From the NCBI RefSeq assembly GCF_006345805.1, contig NC_042998.1, forward strand, positions 7,998,001-8,062,000: DNA of 64,000 nt, read 5' to 3'. This document shows, one piece after another, positions 26,729-40,086 of the stretch; within the stretch, counting starts at the first letter, position 1, and the number at the start of each line of letters is the position of its first letter. The notes under the pieces were generated by a model that saw only the letters and a list, made by a program, of their open reading frames with translations, did not search any database and had not been told where the DNA came from. This DNA comes from Octopus sinensis (taxonomy: Eukaryota). Both the position numbers and the translations under genes were made by a program.

Positions 26729-27000
26729 ATGGCTTCTCTACAACGTGACCACGAGTGTTCGTCTTTCGTATGCCACATAAGAGTGGGGTTTTTTGCATTA
26801 GAGAAACTTGGTGGAAGCATTGCCGTCATCGTTAACACCAGCAAAACATTCGAACATGTCTTCCATCGAAACTATCGATGCATGAGCGCCATCTGTCTCA
26901 TTTCTTTGGAAAAGAAGAATCCTATTAGACCGCACCATCGCAGTATTTTAATATTTCTCTCCCACATTCTTTCATCCACTGGATTATTCCAAAGCTCAAT
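26729..27000 (+). pseudogene. ancient non-LTR RT remnant (L2/Jockey-like)
   Basis: ALEKLGGSIAVIVNTSKTFEHVFHR resembles the AVxLDISKAFDRVWH RT motif. Confidence 0.4.
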
Positions 27001-27851
27001 TTTTGTCCCCTCTCTCTTTTACTGATAAAATAACGGCTACTCTTACGTATACGGTATTACTTTTCGTGACGATTGCACCCTGAGGTAAGTAGAGTGTCAG
27101 GAAATTCAGAGCCCTGAGTATAACAAAATAACAAAAAAAGATGTCACAAAACTGCTGTCGATTTTTCTGCTTTGAATTAGTCATTCGTATGAATTTGAAG
27201 TATCAATAATTTGATTGAGTACTCTTTACTGCTACTGCACTGAGAGTACAAAATTATATAATAATATAAGCTTGCCAATGCAATGAATTACTAAAAGCAA
27301 AAGCAATTATAAAAGTGAAAGTTGGTGAGCTGACCGAATCGTTAGCACGACGGAGAAAATGATTGTGACATACCGACCTTCCTTACATTATGAGTTCAAA
27401 TTTTGCCATGGGTTGACATTGCCTTATATCATTTCAGGGGCGATAAGATATATATCAGTTAAGCACTAGGATCGATATAATCGATATAATCGACGAGTCC
27501 CTCCCCCCAAATTTCAGCCCTCCTCACAATAATAGAAAGTATTAAAATATGTCAGAATATCTTCTTGCGAGAAGAGCTCCTCTAAACATTTCTATAAATT
27601 CTTGGTTTGGTTATAAACTATTCTATACAGTAACTCGTCTCGTTTCTCATTACTTAAAAGCCCCCACCTTTCAGTAAGATACAAGAAAGAAGATTGAAGT
27701 GAAGTATTTAGTTTCTATTGCTGACGTTTGCACCAAAACCACTGTTTTTAGTGTTACTTGGAATCCATTATTGCCCCCAGTTCGGTTGCTTCTAACCCAG
27801 AAAGAGTGTCAGCAGAGCAGATGCTGCTATTCTCTAGACCATTTAATATAT

Positions 27852-28083
27852 TATACATACAAATATATACAAATATATATAAATAAATATATATATATAC
27901 ATATATATATACATAAACATACATATACATATATATACACACATATATATATACGTATATATATATAAACATATACGTATATATACATATACATATATAT
28001 ACATATACATATATAAACATATACGTATATATACATATACATATATATACATATACATATATATACATATACATATATATACA

Positions 28084-28119
<36 letters not shown>

Positions 28120-28410
28120 CGTACATATATATATACATATATACATATATATATATATACGTACATATATATATACATACATGTATATATATATATATAT
28201 ACGTACATATATATATACATACATGTATATATATACTTATATACATATATACATACATACATATATACATACATCGACCTATACATATATATATACATAC
28301 ATATATATATACACACATATATATATACATACATATATATATATACACATACATATATATATACACATACATATATATACACATACATATATATACACAT
28401 ACATATATAT

Positions 28411-28449
<39 letters not shown>

Positions 28450-28552
28450 TAGACATACATATATAGACATACATATATATACACATACATATATATATTT
28501 ATATATATATAGACATACATATATATATAGACATACATATATATATATATAT
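27852..28552. repeat. 700-bp compound (TA)/(TACA) microsatellite
   Basis: seen directly; source of the long IY-rich ORFs. Confidence 0.95.
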
Positions 28553-28863
28553 CTTGCATTCCTTTCTTTTACAACTCGAATAAAATTTTAAATAATTAAC
28601 ATTATGGTGAGATTTTATACTTCTAGGCGTAGATCGTAAATATCTGAAATTCCACAAGAGAGTTTTGGTAAAGGAAGAAAGGAAAAACGAAAACGAAAAG
28701 GAAAGAGTCTACTGCACTCTCTAATCATGATATCACAACTAATTAGCCACACAGAAATATTTCTACAAGAGAATCTTACTCACAAACACACACATACACA
28801 CCACACATACATATATATACGCATGTACATATATATGTATATATACATATACTTTTATGTGTG

Positions 28864-28895
<32 letters not shown>

Positions 28896-28920
28896 GAGAG
28901 AGAGTTAGACAGACAGACAC

Positions 28921-28961
<41 letters not shown>

Positions 28962-29442
28962 GATAGATAGATTATATATAAGTAGAAGTTATGAAATAAG
29001 TATTGTTTATCATGTAAACTTAATATGATGTTGATTATGTTGTTGTTGTTGTTGTTTTTTGCAGCCATAACTTAAGTAAGGAAATTGGAAAAGTGTTACA
29101 ATATGAACCAAAAGGAATTGCACTCATTTGCCTTATGAGAATATTCGTGAACAAACTGCAAAATATTACAAATTGTGATAATAGAACTTGCAAAATTCAA
29201 TACAGAATATTGCCAGGTAAAAACATGATGATTGAACGTGTGATTAACTCTAATAGATTATATTTATGGTAAAAAGCGTTCCGGCAAGTCCTGACTACTC
29301 TATCGTTTGTATAGCACTATCGACCATGCCCCTTTTAAGGAAGATTTTAGGGATATGTGGCTGATAATTATAGCAGGCCGGACGACTACCTGAAGGTTCA
29401 CCCCTTTGCTCGATAACATTGTGAGAATATGAAAGCTGCAAT

Positions 29443-29669
29443 GCGAGCTGGCAGAAACGTTAGCACGCTGGGCGAAATGCGTAGCCGTATTTCGTCTGCC
29501 GTTACGTTCTGAGTTCAAATTCCGCCGAGGTCGACTTTGCCTTTCATCCTTTCGGGGTCGATAAATAAAGTACCAGTTACGCACTGGGGTCGATGTAATC
29601 GACTTAATACCTATGTCTGTCCTTGTTTGTCCTCTCTGTTTTTAGCCCCTTGTGGATAACGAAGAAATA
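29443..29669 (+). mobile_element. SINE family M, Tx1-type tail
   Basis: TSD GAAAGCTGCAAT on both sides. Confidence 0.9.
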
Positions 29670-30704
29670 GAAAGCTGCAATCCTTCGCATTACACAATGA
29701 AAATAAACATAACACGTGTATTCTATGTGAGAGAGAACTCTGCAGTACGTTGCGTTAACTCTAGAGTGCAAACGGACAAGTATTTTATTTTGGAACATAT
29801 GTTTTCTAAAAGCGACAACATTAGCAACAAAAGAAAAGTGCAAATTTTGCGTTATCGTGCTAAGTTTGAATATTGTCAAAATCTATGTAGAAAAATGTTT
29901 TAAAAAATGTTATAAATTTGGTATGTTTAATCTGGCATTCACGTTAACTATTTATAAATATTATATTTCATTTTTGTCATCCGAAGGGATTAATAAAAAA
30001 AAGCGGTCTAGTTATTATTTTTTTCTACAAATTCAAACACATTGATCTCTTAGTTATAGCCACGAAGTATCAAATAGATGAAAAAGTGAAAACTGATCTC
30101 TTACTTATAGTTATGAAGTATCAAAAGAATGAAAAGTATACATTAAAACGTTTAATATAAGAAATTCTTTAATTCATTCAACGATCATTCGTATGTCTTT
30201 CATATTTCCCCTGCTACACATGCTCTTCTGACTACACTCTTACGCACATATACACGCACACGTACACACTTAAGTATGCATATACTCATGCACATATCAT
30301 CACGTCGGGTAGAATGCTTTGCGGTATTCTTTCCAGTGCTCTGGTTTCTGAGTTCAAATACCATTGAGACTAAATTTGCATTTCATTCTTTCAAGATTCT
30401 TTGCAGATTTAGAGTTGGGTTAGAGTTTATACTAGAATTGAATTTTCTTTCACTGTTTCTTTCTCTTTTTCTTTTTTATTGGAGAGGTATGGGTTTTGTC
30501 AGATCTAAGAAATAAAGCAATTATGCCCAAGACGCCGTATGTCACAACGGTGCTTTAGCGACCTCTTCAGAACCTGAGTAGCCATGGATTGGCTTATATA
30601 TACAAACATACACAAACACACACAACACACATATATATTTTTTATTCTCAGAAAATAATAAAATGTTCCTAATTACACAAAATTAATTAATATATATTTG
30701 GATA

Positions 30705-31035
30705 AAGACCGCCTTCGGTCATAAATAACTATGGGATTGCACCTAGAAAGTTCCTCTCCGAGGCACAGGTCCAAGCAAAGTTGCTTATGAAAGACTAGCT
30801 CTTACCCATGCATACCAGCCTCCCCTTTCCATGCCACAGGATGTTACCCAAGGGAAAGGCAAACGCCGATGCAGTTAGGCACCAGTGACGTCACAACTCA
30901 TTTCTCTTTCTGAGTGAACTGGAGCAACGTGAAAAATAAAGTATCTTGCTCTAGAACACAACATACCGCCCCATCGCGGAATCGATCTCACTACCTCACG
31001 ATTGTGAACCTGATACTCAAATTACTGAGCCATAG
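30705..31035 (-). mobile_element. diverged tRNA-headed SINE with V-like domain and a third tail type
   Basis: GTGTTCTAGAGCAAGATACTTTATTTTTCACGTTGCTCCAGTTCACTCAG domain; tail GCAATCCCATAG...ATGACCGAAGGCGGTCTT. Confidence 0.6.
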
Positions 31036-31130
31036 GATTGATAAGTAATCAGAAGTTCATATCAAAACGTGTTTGACATTCGATTGATCAAAGTTACTAT
31101 CAAACCAAGATCAATATTTGATTGAAAAAC

Positions 31131-31715
31131 GGCGGTGAAGGTGGCAGGAGCGTTAGCGCGCCGGGCGAAATGCTTAGCGGTATTTCGTCTGCGTTATGTT
31201 GTGAGTTCAAATTCCCCCGAGGTCAACTTTGCCTTTCATCCTTTCGGGGTCGATAAATTAAGTACCAGTTACGCACTGGGGTCGATGTAATCGACTTAAT
31301 ACCTATGTCTGTCCTTGTTTGTCCCCTCTGTGTTTAGCTCCTTGTGGGTAATAAAGAAATAGGTATTTCGTCTGCCATTACGTTCTGAGTTCAAATTCCA
31401 CCGAGGTCGACTTTGCCTTTCATCCTTTCGGGGTCGGTCAAATAAGTACCAGTTACGCACTGGGGTCGATATAATCGACTTAATCCGTGTGTCTGTCCTT
31501 GTTTGTCCTCTCTGTGTGTAGCCCCTTGTGGATAGTAAAGAAATAGGTATTTCGTCTGTCTTTACCTTCTGAGTTCAAATTCCGCCGAGATCGACGTTGC
31601 TTTCTTCCTTTCGCGGTCGATATATTAAGTACCAGTTGCGTACTGGGGTCGATCTAATCGAGTGGCCCCCTCCTCCCCCAAGATTTTGGGCTTTGTACCT
31701 ATAGTAGAAAAGAAT
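31131..31715 (+). mobile_element. SINE family M array: head + body/tail A + body/tail A + body/tail B
   Basis: junctions AAAGAAATA|GGTATTTCGTCTG at 31362 and 31546. Confidence 0.9.
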
Positions 31716-32678
31716 ATTTGATTGAAATAAATTGAACTGATTTTTTAAAATTACTGAATTGATCCTAGAATAACTAATGATATGAATGACTTAGGTATTA
31801 ATGACTAAAGCGAGATTTGAACTGGGGAAAGAAACGGATAATGCGAAATGTAATACTTTTAGTCTGCCACTTTCACAGAAGTTAACACTGTTAATTATTT
31901 AGACGTTAATAATTCAAAAGAAATTGGTGTGTCAGACAAAATGCAAATACTGTTTAGAGACTTTATACGATCTATATTCAATTCCTAACGGAATTAATTC
32001 CACTTTCAACCTCGCCAGAATTAATAAAATGCCAGTAACATTTCAGAATTCATTCAGCCGCCTACCTTCACACTTATACAAAATTTATCCTGGACACTTT
32101 ACAAAAACAACGAAAAAAGTATCACTATTCAAAAGAACATTAACAATTATTCCTCATTTACGCTATTATGCTTGTCTGAAAGGCATAAACGTTAAAACTT
32201 ACTATTTTCTCCTTATTAAAATGCAAAAGTTTATGGTGGTTTGTATGGCGCTTTTGATGACAGGTTAGTGTTTTATGATTAATAAATGAGGTATTCATTT
32301 AGTTTTATTAGGTGTGGCTATATCGTAAGAAGCTTATTTCCTAACCACATATTCCGGGTTCAGTCCCACTGTATGGCACCTTGGGCAAGGGTCTTCTACT
32401 ATAGCGTCGGTCTGACCAAAGACTTATGGATGGATTTTTGGTAGACGAAAACTGAAAGAAATCCCTTCTCTCTCTCTCTCTTTCCTCCTCCTCTCTCTCT
32501 CTATCTGTCTCTCTATCTATCTATGTGTTTGTATTTCTCATCCATCACCGCTAGACAACATGTGTTGGTGTGTTTACGTCCCTTTAACTTAGAAGTACGG
32601 CAAAAGAGAAGATAAAATAAGTACCAGGTTTAACAACACTTAAATACTGGGGCCGATTCATTTAACTAAATATCCTCC

Positions 32679-33590
32679 TGTGGAGGCACAATGACCCAGT
32701 GGTTAGGGCAGCGGACTCGCGGTCGGAGGATCGCGGTTTCGATTCCCAGACCAAGCGTTGTGTGTGTTTATTGAGCGAAAACACCAATAGCACCACGAGT
32801 CTCCGGCAGAGGATATGAAGGCTATAGTAATTGAAGAGGAAAGTTATAAAGGACTACAAGAAATGTGTGGAGATAATATCAACCCATCAGGAACAACGGT
32901 GGAACTCAAAGAATTGCCACCAGTAGTGGATTTAGTAGAAATCGAACCACAATTGAAATATTACTAAAAAATAAATATGTCAAAGCGACAGGAAAAAAGA
33001 GAAGGAAAAGAAAAAGGAGGAAAAAGAAAAAAAAGAAAAGAAAAAGGAGGAAAAGAAAAAGAAAAAGGAGGAAAAAGAAAAAAGAAAGAGTAAGTGTTTT
33101 ACTTGCTATGCTTAATAATATCGGAAAATGAAGAACAATTGTAGATAATGTATATAACGGTTCAAATAATTGTAAGGGTAGACGATAATTAATTGTTATG
33201 TAAATACAAGATAATAATGGACAGTTTAAAAAGATTAATGGTAATGCATGTAATGAGGGGCGCATGCAGCCATTCATAACCCCATTATTGTATAACCATC
33301 TTATGATATTCGTTCTATGTATTGTCCCCTCTGTGGTGCCCTGTCTGTCCTTGTTTGTCCCCCTCTATGTTTGTGCTCCTGTGGCTAATAAAGAAACCGG
33401 GGCTCCGGCAGGGGGTGGTAGCGATCCCTGTTGTACTCTTTCGCCCCAGCTTTCTCTCACTCTTCCTTCCTGTTTCTTGAGTAACGCTGCGATGGACTGG
33501 CGTCCCATCCAGCTGAGTGGAACACATACGCCATAGAAACCGGGAAACTGGGCCCATAATCCTGGCTAAGCTTGAAAAGGGCGCATAAAA
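32679..33590 (+). mobile_element. SINE family S, nested in a family A SINE and interrupted by a half-LINE
   Basis: head GTGGAGGCACAATGACCCAGTGGTTAGGG; resumes after 33396; TSD ATCCTCCT. Confidence 0.8.
32810..33396 (+). mobile_element. 5'-truncated ORF1-only half-LINE, copy 1
   Basis: EDMKAIVIEEESYKGLQEMCGDNINPSGTTVELKELPPVVDLVEIEPQLKYY* (stop 32965-32967) homologous to the 34544 ORF end; Tx1-type tail; CTCCGGCAG duplicated on both sides. Confidence 0.8.
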
Positions 33591-33663
33591 AAAAATCCTC
33601 CTACGTTGTGACCCAACATGGCTGCAGTCTAATTACTGAAGGAAGCAAAACAATAAAAGATAT

Positions 33664-34067
33664 GGATCTTTTCGGTTTGAACGGCAGTTTTTAGCATAAT
33701 TTCTAGGGAATTAAAAAATTTTAAACTTCCTATACTGGTAGACTGTGTTTATAAAACATCTTTTTCTCTTGGCTTTATTGAGAAAATTCTATAGTTTGTA
33801 AGACATTTGTTGTTTTTCCGCAATTTCTGCAATTTCAACCAATCACTGACGTCTATTGAGGTAGAAAAAAGTCTGTGCCGTATGAATATGTCCCTCGTTT
33901 AAAAAACAGATTGGGTTTATTTACATTTGTGAAGAAAAAAAGATACCCTTCCCCCTCTAACCCTAAAACAGATTGAAATACAATAGATCGATACTAGGGT
34001 CATAATTATGGGTGACAATTTCATATGAAACTGCTAGAAAAAACTGCCGTTCAAACCGAAAAGATCC
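33664..34067. mobile_element. MITE with 29-bp TIRs and 8-bp TSD (Merlin-like)
   Basis: TIR GGATCTTTTCGGTTTGAACGGCAGTTTTT; TSD AAAGATAT at 33656-33663 and 34068-34075. Confidence 0.85.
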
Positions 34068-34075
34068 AAAGATAT

Positions 34076-34121
<46 letters not shown>

Positions 34122-34167
34122 TATATATATATAATGGACCATACGTCGTCGAAGACGACGTATGGTC

Positions 34168-35339
34168 TTTTCTTTATTAAACACAGGGGCCCAAAATAGA
34201 GGGGGGACAAACAAGGACGGACAGGACACCACAGAGGGGGCAATATATAAAACGAATATGAATGAGATGATTATATAACAATGAGGTTATGAATGGCTGC
34301 ATGCGCCCCTCATCACATGCAGCACCATTAATCCTTTTTTCAGTCCATTTTTATCTTGTATTTACTTAACAATTAATTATCGTGTTACATACCATTGCAA
34401 GTATTTGAACCGTTATATACATTATCTACAATTGTTCTTCTATTTTTCAATATTTTTTAAACATAACATAAAACACCTGGCTCTTTCGTTTTTTCTTTTT
34501 TCTTTTCTTTTTTTCCTGTCAATTTAACATATTTATTTTCTTTTTAGTAGTAGTTCATGAATGGTTCAATTTCTATTAAATCCATTACTGGTGGCAATTC
34601 TTTGAATTCTACCCTCACTCCTGGTAGGTCAATACTATCTCCACACATTTCTTCCAGTTTCTTGCAATTTTCCTTTTCGATCACTCTCGCCTTCATATCC
34701 TCTGCATATACGTATGATGGTACTTTCACTCTTACTATTTGATTAAACTTGACTATCTTCTTCTCTGTTTCTACATTCTTTGAGTCGGTCATGTAATACC
34801 ATACTCCATATCCTCCTAGTATTTTCTTTCCTTTATTTTGAACTCTTTGTTCTCTCTTTTCCTCCTCCACTCTAATCAGTCTCTCCATCTCCTCTTCGGC
34901 CAGTTGAATTTCCGAATCCTTTTCTACCGGAGCAACTGGTATTTTTACTTGTAGCACCACTTTCTTTTTACTTTCTTTCTCTGTCACCCTTTCGTCTTCC
35001 TTCCTGCTGACCTCCTTCACAGTTTCTTTTCCCATATCTTCTCTCTTCTTTTTAGGTTTCTCTGGTGGAGAAACTCTCCCTCCGCTCCTTCTTTTCCTTA
35101 CCACAGTAAAATCATCCTCTGTTTCTTTTTCCTTTGTCTCGACCTGTTCCACCTGGTCCACGCTCTCCTGTCTCTCCACCTGCTCTGCTTGTTGCTTTTT
35201 CTGGGTGCACCATGCCTTCATGTGGCCCTTTTCTCCACATGAAAAGCATATCGGCGGCCTACCTTCCACTGTAACTCTCAGTCTCACATCTTCTTGGGGG
35301 ACAATCTCATCCACCACACTGTTCAAATCCTCCACTGAG
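34168..35339 (-). mobile_element. 5'-truncated ORF1-only half-LINE, copy 2
   Basis: TSD GACGACGTATGGTC at 34154-34167 and 35340-35353; ORF1 followed directly by a ~375-bp 3' UTR and the shared tail. Confidence 0.85.
34544..35339 (-). CDS. Tx1/L1-type ORF1 C-terminal part with CCHC zinc knuckle
   Basis: VTVEGRPPICFSCGEKGHMKAWC, homologous to VFVEGRKPRCFLCGQLGHIRRNC at ~48270; the ORF start at 35419 lies in flank beyond the TSD. Confidence 0.75.
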
Positions 35340-35633
35340 GACGACGTATGGTCATTCGGCTTTTGTCGAACGAGCTTCACAAATGATTTGTTTATAGTTA
35401 TCAAATGGTCGTTCTGCATATTAATTCACTCTCTCCCTCAAATCTACGTTGGCTGAACTGGTGCACTGTGTGCCACGTGCCAGGTGTCGAAGTGAGCGCA
35501 GAGCAGGCAGCGTAAGATGAAGCACTTTGCTCAAGAACACAACGCACCACCCGGGCTAGGAATTGAAATCACGGTCGCTAGTTCATGAGTACAACATGAG
35601 TACAACTACGACATGCGTCCTCACACACGCATG

Positions 35634-35683
<50 letters not shown>

Positions 35684-35971
35684 CTGTTTGTTCCTTCTCG
35701 AGCCACGCCTGGCTCATTAGGGCTGGTTTCCTGGACGTATAGCCACCCCACCTGGACGGGACGCCAGTCCGTCGCAGGTGAGCTGCAAGATGCAGGAGGA
35801 AAAAGTGAGAGAAAGTTGTGGCGAAAGAGTCAGTAGAAGTTCGCCATTACCTTCTGTCGGAGCGGCGTGGAGCTTAGGTGTTTCACTCATAAACACATAC
35901 GTCGCCCGATCTGAGATTCGAACCCGCGAGTCCGCTGCTCTAACCTTGTGCATCCACACATACACTCACAC

Positions 35972-36002
<31 letters not shown>

Positions 36003-36406
36003 CCTGATATATTAGGTTCTTTTCTGTAGAACAGCCAGAATATAATCCTTGAGTCTGCTTCTCTATCAGTCACTCCTCATTACTCATTCATTCAGTATAC
36101 ACTAGTCATAACGCATTAAAAGATACTATAAAAGTTTTCTCGACCCCAGGTGATAACCCCCGAGATAGTTAAAATATATTAAGGAAACACGTTTCTGAAA
36201 ATCCGATTTATAACATGTTAAATGTACTTTGTTGCAAATGTCAAACTGTTATATTTAATATAAAATACTCGTCTGAAACGTAGATATAAAATAATTATCA
36301 AGACGGTGGCATTTATTCCTTCGTGAAAGAATATATAAATTACGTTATTAAAAATCAAATGAGAATGTTAGAAATATCATTCCATTTTGCGTCGGTGTAG
36401 TGAGAA

Positions 36407-36448
<42 letters not shown>

Positions 36449-36524
36449 GGTGCGAGGTGTATTTGAGGACAGTTTTGGTATACAATAAAACAACTATATT
36501 TCAGCATAAATAAATATGTATTTA

Positions 36525-37117
36525 AGGCGGTGAGCTGGCAGAGACGTTAGCACGCCAGGCGAAATGCGTAGCCATATTTCGTCTGTCGCTACGTTCTGAG
36601 TTTAAACTCCGCCAAGGTCGACTTTGCCTTTCATCCTTTCGGGGTCGATTAGATAAGTACCAGTTACGCACTGGGGTCGATGTAATCGACTTAATCCGTT
36701 TGTCTGTTTTTGTTTGTCCTCCCTGTGTTTAGCTCCTTGTGGGTAGTAAAGAAATAGGTATTTCGTCTGCCGTTACGTTCTGAGTTCAAATTCCGCCGAG
36801 GTCGACTTTGCCTGTCATCCTTTCGGGGTCGATTAAATAAGTAGCAGTTATGCACTGGAGTCGATGTAATCAACTTAATCCGTTTGTTTGTCCTCTCTGT
36901 GTGTCGCCCCTTGTGGGCATTAAAGAAATAAGAAACGTTAGCACACCGTGCGAAATGCTCAGTGGCAATACGTTCTGTATTCAAATTCCGCTGAGGTCGA
37001 CTTTGCCTTTCATGCTTTCGGGGTCGATAAATTAAGTACGAGTCACGTACTGTGGTCGATCTAATCGACTGGGTCCCCTCCCTCAAGTTTTAGGGCCTTG
37101 TTCCTAGAGCAGAAAAT
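36525..37117 (+). mobile_element. SINE family M array of three units
   Basis: junction at 36757 (GGTATTTCG) and at 36931 (AGAAACGTTAGC); last unit has tail B; flanking duplication AATAAATATGTATTT. Confidence 0.9.
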
Positions 37118-37912
37118 AATAAATATGTATTTTAATTAACATATGTGGAATTAGTCTTGTTAATGATTTCTTATGCCAATTAATTTTGTGAAACCGCCTT
37201 CGGCTTTGATGACTGCTTCAATGCAGGATCAAAACCGCTTGCATGCGGACACTATATGGTCCTTATTCATTCCGAACATCACCTGGACAATGACGGCCTT
37301 CAGTGAAGCTATGGTATTACGAGGATGACGCGATTTGTCTCCCTTTCAACAGTGTTCCACACGTAGTAGTCCATGAGGTTCAAATCTAGCGAGTTTGGCG
37401 GCCACATATTGGGTGTTACATAATCATAATAATTGTCTGACAACCATTCTTGGTTGACTAGGGCTTTGTGAGAAGGTGCTGAGTCTTGCTGAAACATATA
37501 TGGCCTTTCGTTGCATACTTCATCAATCCACCGCTTGATAAAAGTTTCCAGTACCTCAATGTATCCAGTAGCATTAATTCTAAGACTCTGTGGAAAAAAG
37601 TGGGAAGGCATCACATGACCTTCGCTACTCACCACTCCTAAAACCATCACGGATGCTGGAAATTTCATGTGCATCACTCTGGGTACTTCAGAAGGATCTG
37701 CACATAACCATCTGTAATTTCTTCTGTTAGACTTTTGATCCAGGTCAAAGTATTTTTCGTCAGAGAAAAACCAAAGCCTGCCTTGTTTATGAGGGTCTTT
37801 CACTTTGTTAAATAACCGTTTTGAACGGATGAGACAGTTTGCCTCTATCTTTGTAGACATAAATTGGCTTTTCCAAATTACATAGGACTTGTATCAAATG
37901 TCACGATGTACC

Positions 37913-38149
37913 TATTTCTTTACTGCCCACAAGGGGCTACACACAGAGGGGACAAACAAGGACAGACAAACGTATTAAGTCGATTATATCGACCCCAGTG
38001 CGTAACTGGTACTTAATTTATCGACCCCGAAAGGATGAAAGGCAAAGTCGACCTCGGCCTAATTTGAACTCAGAACATAACGGCAGACGAAATACCGCAA
38101 GGCATTTCGCCCGGTGCGCTAACGTTTCGGCCAGTTCGCCGCCTTATTT
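37913..38149 (-). mobile_element. SINE family M inserted in the transposase gene
   Basis: TSD TCACGATGTACC at 37901-37912 and 38150-38161. Confidence 0.9.
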
Positions 38150-38650
38150 TCACGATGTACCACAGTTCCAATAGTCCACTTTATCAATGGACCTCATTGA
38201 TCTCCTGGGTTAGTCATCGATAAGGTTCTGAATATGTTGTATAAATTCTGGTGTCCTTTTAGAATCTGAGCGTTATGAATGTTTTTTTTTTTCTCTTTGC
38301 TACGGGTGAAACATTACCATCACATGCCTCCAATTCCAGTCGAACTTTGTGTGCAAATGATCTCACAATATTTAGAAATTTGTTAATTTCTAAATCACTG
38401 TGGTTTGCTTGTATAGCAACTATGACTGCATGTCTTTACATTTCTTGAGTTAGCATATCTTGAAAGGGTTATCTAAAAATAAAATGATACATTAAATAAT
38501 TTGAAGGTGTAATGGACTAAAACCGAAATGTCCACGAATAACCCTCGAACTTATTCTTTGTAAGTCTAGTACTTATTCTATCGTTTTTTTTTTGCCGAAC
38601 TGCCAAGTTACAGGGACGTAAACACACCAACATTGTTTGTTAAGTGATGG

Positions 38651-38700
<50 letters not shown>

Positions 38701-38847
38701 CAAAAGTAACAGAATGACTCAAGGTCCGAAAGTTTCGTGCATTGGCACCTATCACTTTGGTAAGTGTCAATACACAAAACTCTCAGACCTTCAGTCACTC
38801 TGTTGCTCATATTTTGAGTTGTATTTTTCCTGCTTTGCACCAACATA

Positions 38848-38911
<64 letters not shown>

Positions 38912-40086
38912 ATAAACTTTGTCTCTACCAGTTCTATTTCTGTTGGTTTGGTTGCATTGGGACTCACAAATTTGAGATTCCTGCACTATTAGGCTTCATA
39001 TTATGTTAAAATTCAGTCATGGTTTGTTGTCGACAGGAAAATTATTTCTACGATTCTCGAAGCAAATTTGAGTATGTATAGAAGTTTCGTTTTCTAAGGA
39101 AGAGAGAAGAGGGTTGAGAGAGAAATTTTGGGGCAAACAAGGCTTGTAGAGAAGTGCCATAAGTGAAAGTCCCTTCAAGTAGCTGAAGATACTACGTATT
39201 AATCATATAACACCACCCCAAATACTATTACCAACCCCATCACCAACACTACCACCAGAAACTGAGTCACTTCTGAAAAATATACTCTGCTTTTAATGTG
39301 ATGAAGTTTTTTTAATATTTTGACTATTAAAAGGAAGAATAACAAATTATAACCACGGAAGCTATAGCTAATGATGTCACTACACGCTGCGTTATAGCAA
39401 TTGAAAGGAAGAACACTGCCAACAACGACGGGAAAAAAATTGCAAGTCTCCATCAGCATAATGGGCTTTGCCCACTACCAACAAAATTTATGAAGAATTA
39501 CCACCATCCGAAATGCGAAGAATTCCTCTATCTGGCGCAGCCTGCAAGTTCTTTCACCTCCCAAATTATAAGAGGACTTTTTGGACGTTTTCCAAATGGA
39601 TCACTACCAAATTTACCGTATTCCCCTACCCACCACATTTTCACCAAGATAAAATTCTACATTTCCTTGTACCCGATTCGTATCCAACTACTCATAGAAG
39701 CGTTCAGTCTCTCAACCATACTTATACATGCTTATACATACGCCTAGTATGAAAACACCTTTGGTCACTTCATACCTAAAAAGCCACTGACCTTGAAAAT
39801 GTCTCCAAAAGCTTGCTCCTAAGCTATTCCCTATCTTAGCAGATCTTTTCCTTCTCTCTTTCTATCTCTCCCTTCCTATCTCCCTCTTTCTTCCTCTCTC
39901 TCTCTATCACTCTCTTTGTTTTCTCCAGCATCGTTAACCCGATCTTTGGAAATATACTATAGTATGTTTCAGTCCCAACTCAACAAGGATAACCATTCTG
40001 GCTCTATCAATTATCGACATAACGCTCTCGTATTCAATATCTCCAAGGACATGGAAACAGTTGCTAGCAATCGGTATCTTTAAAAC

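Larger units (their letters stand above)
36446..38550 (-). mobile_element. decayed Tc1/mariner DD37D (maT-like) transposon with nested SINEs
   Basis: TA-CAGGGTG terminus; FSDEK, FQQDSAPSH, WPPNSLDLNLMDY; 37 residues between the second and third Asp in ORF 37309-37860. Confidence 0.85.

Noticed and set aside
27699-28591. Long IY/MY/CV-rich ORFs, here and throughout the window
   Set aside because: Translations of (TA)/(TACA)/(TG) microsatellites that lack stop codons.
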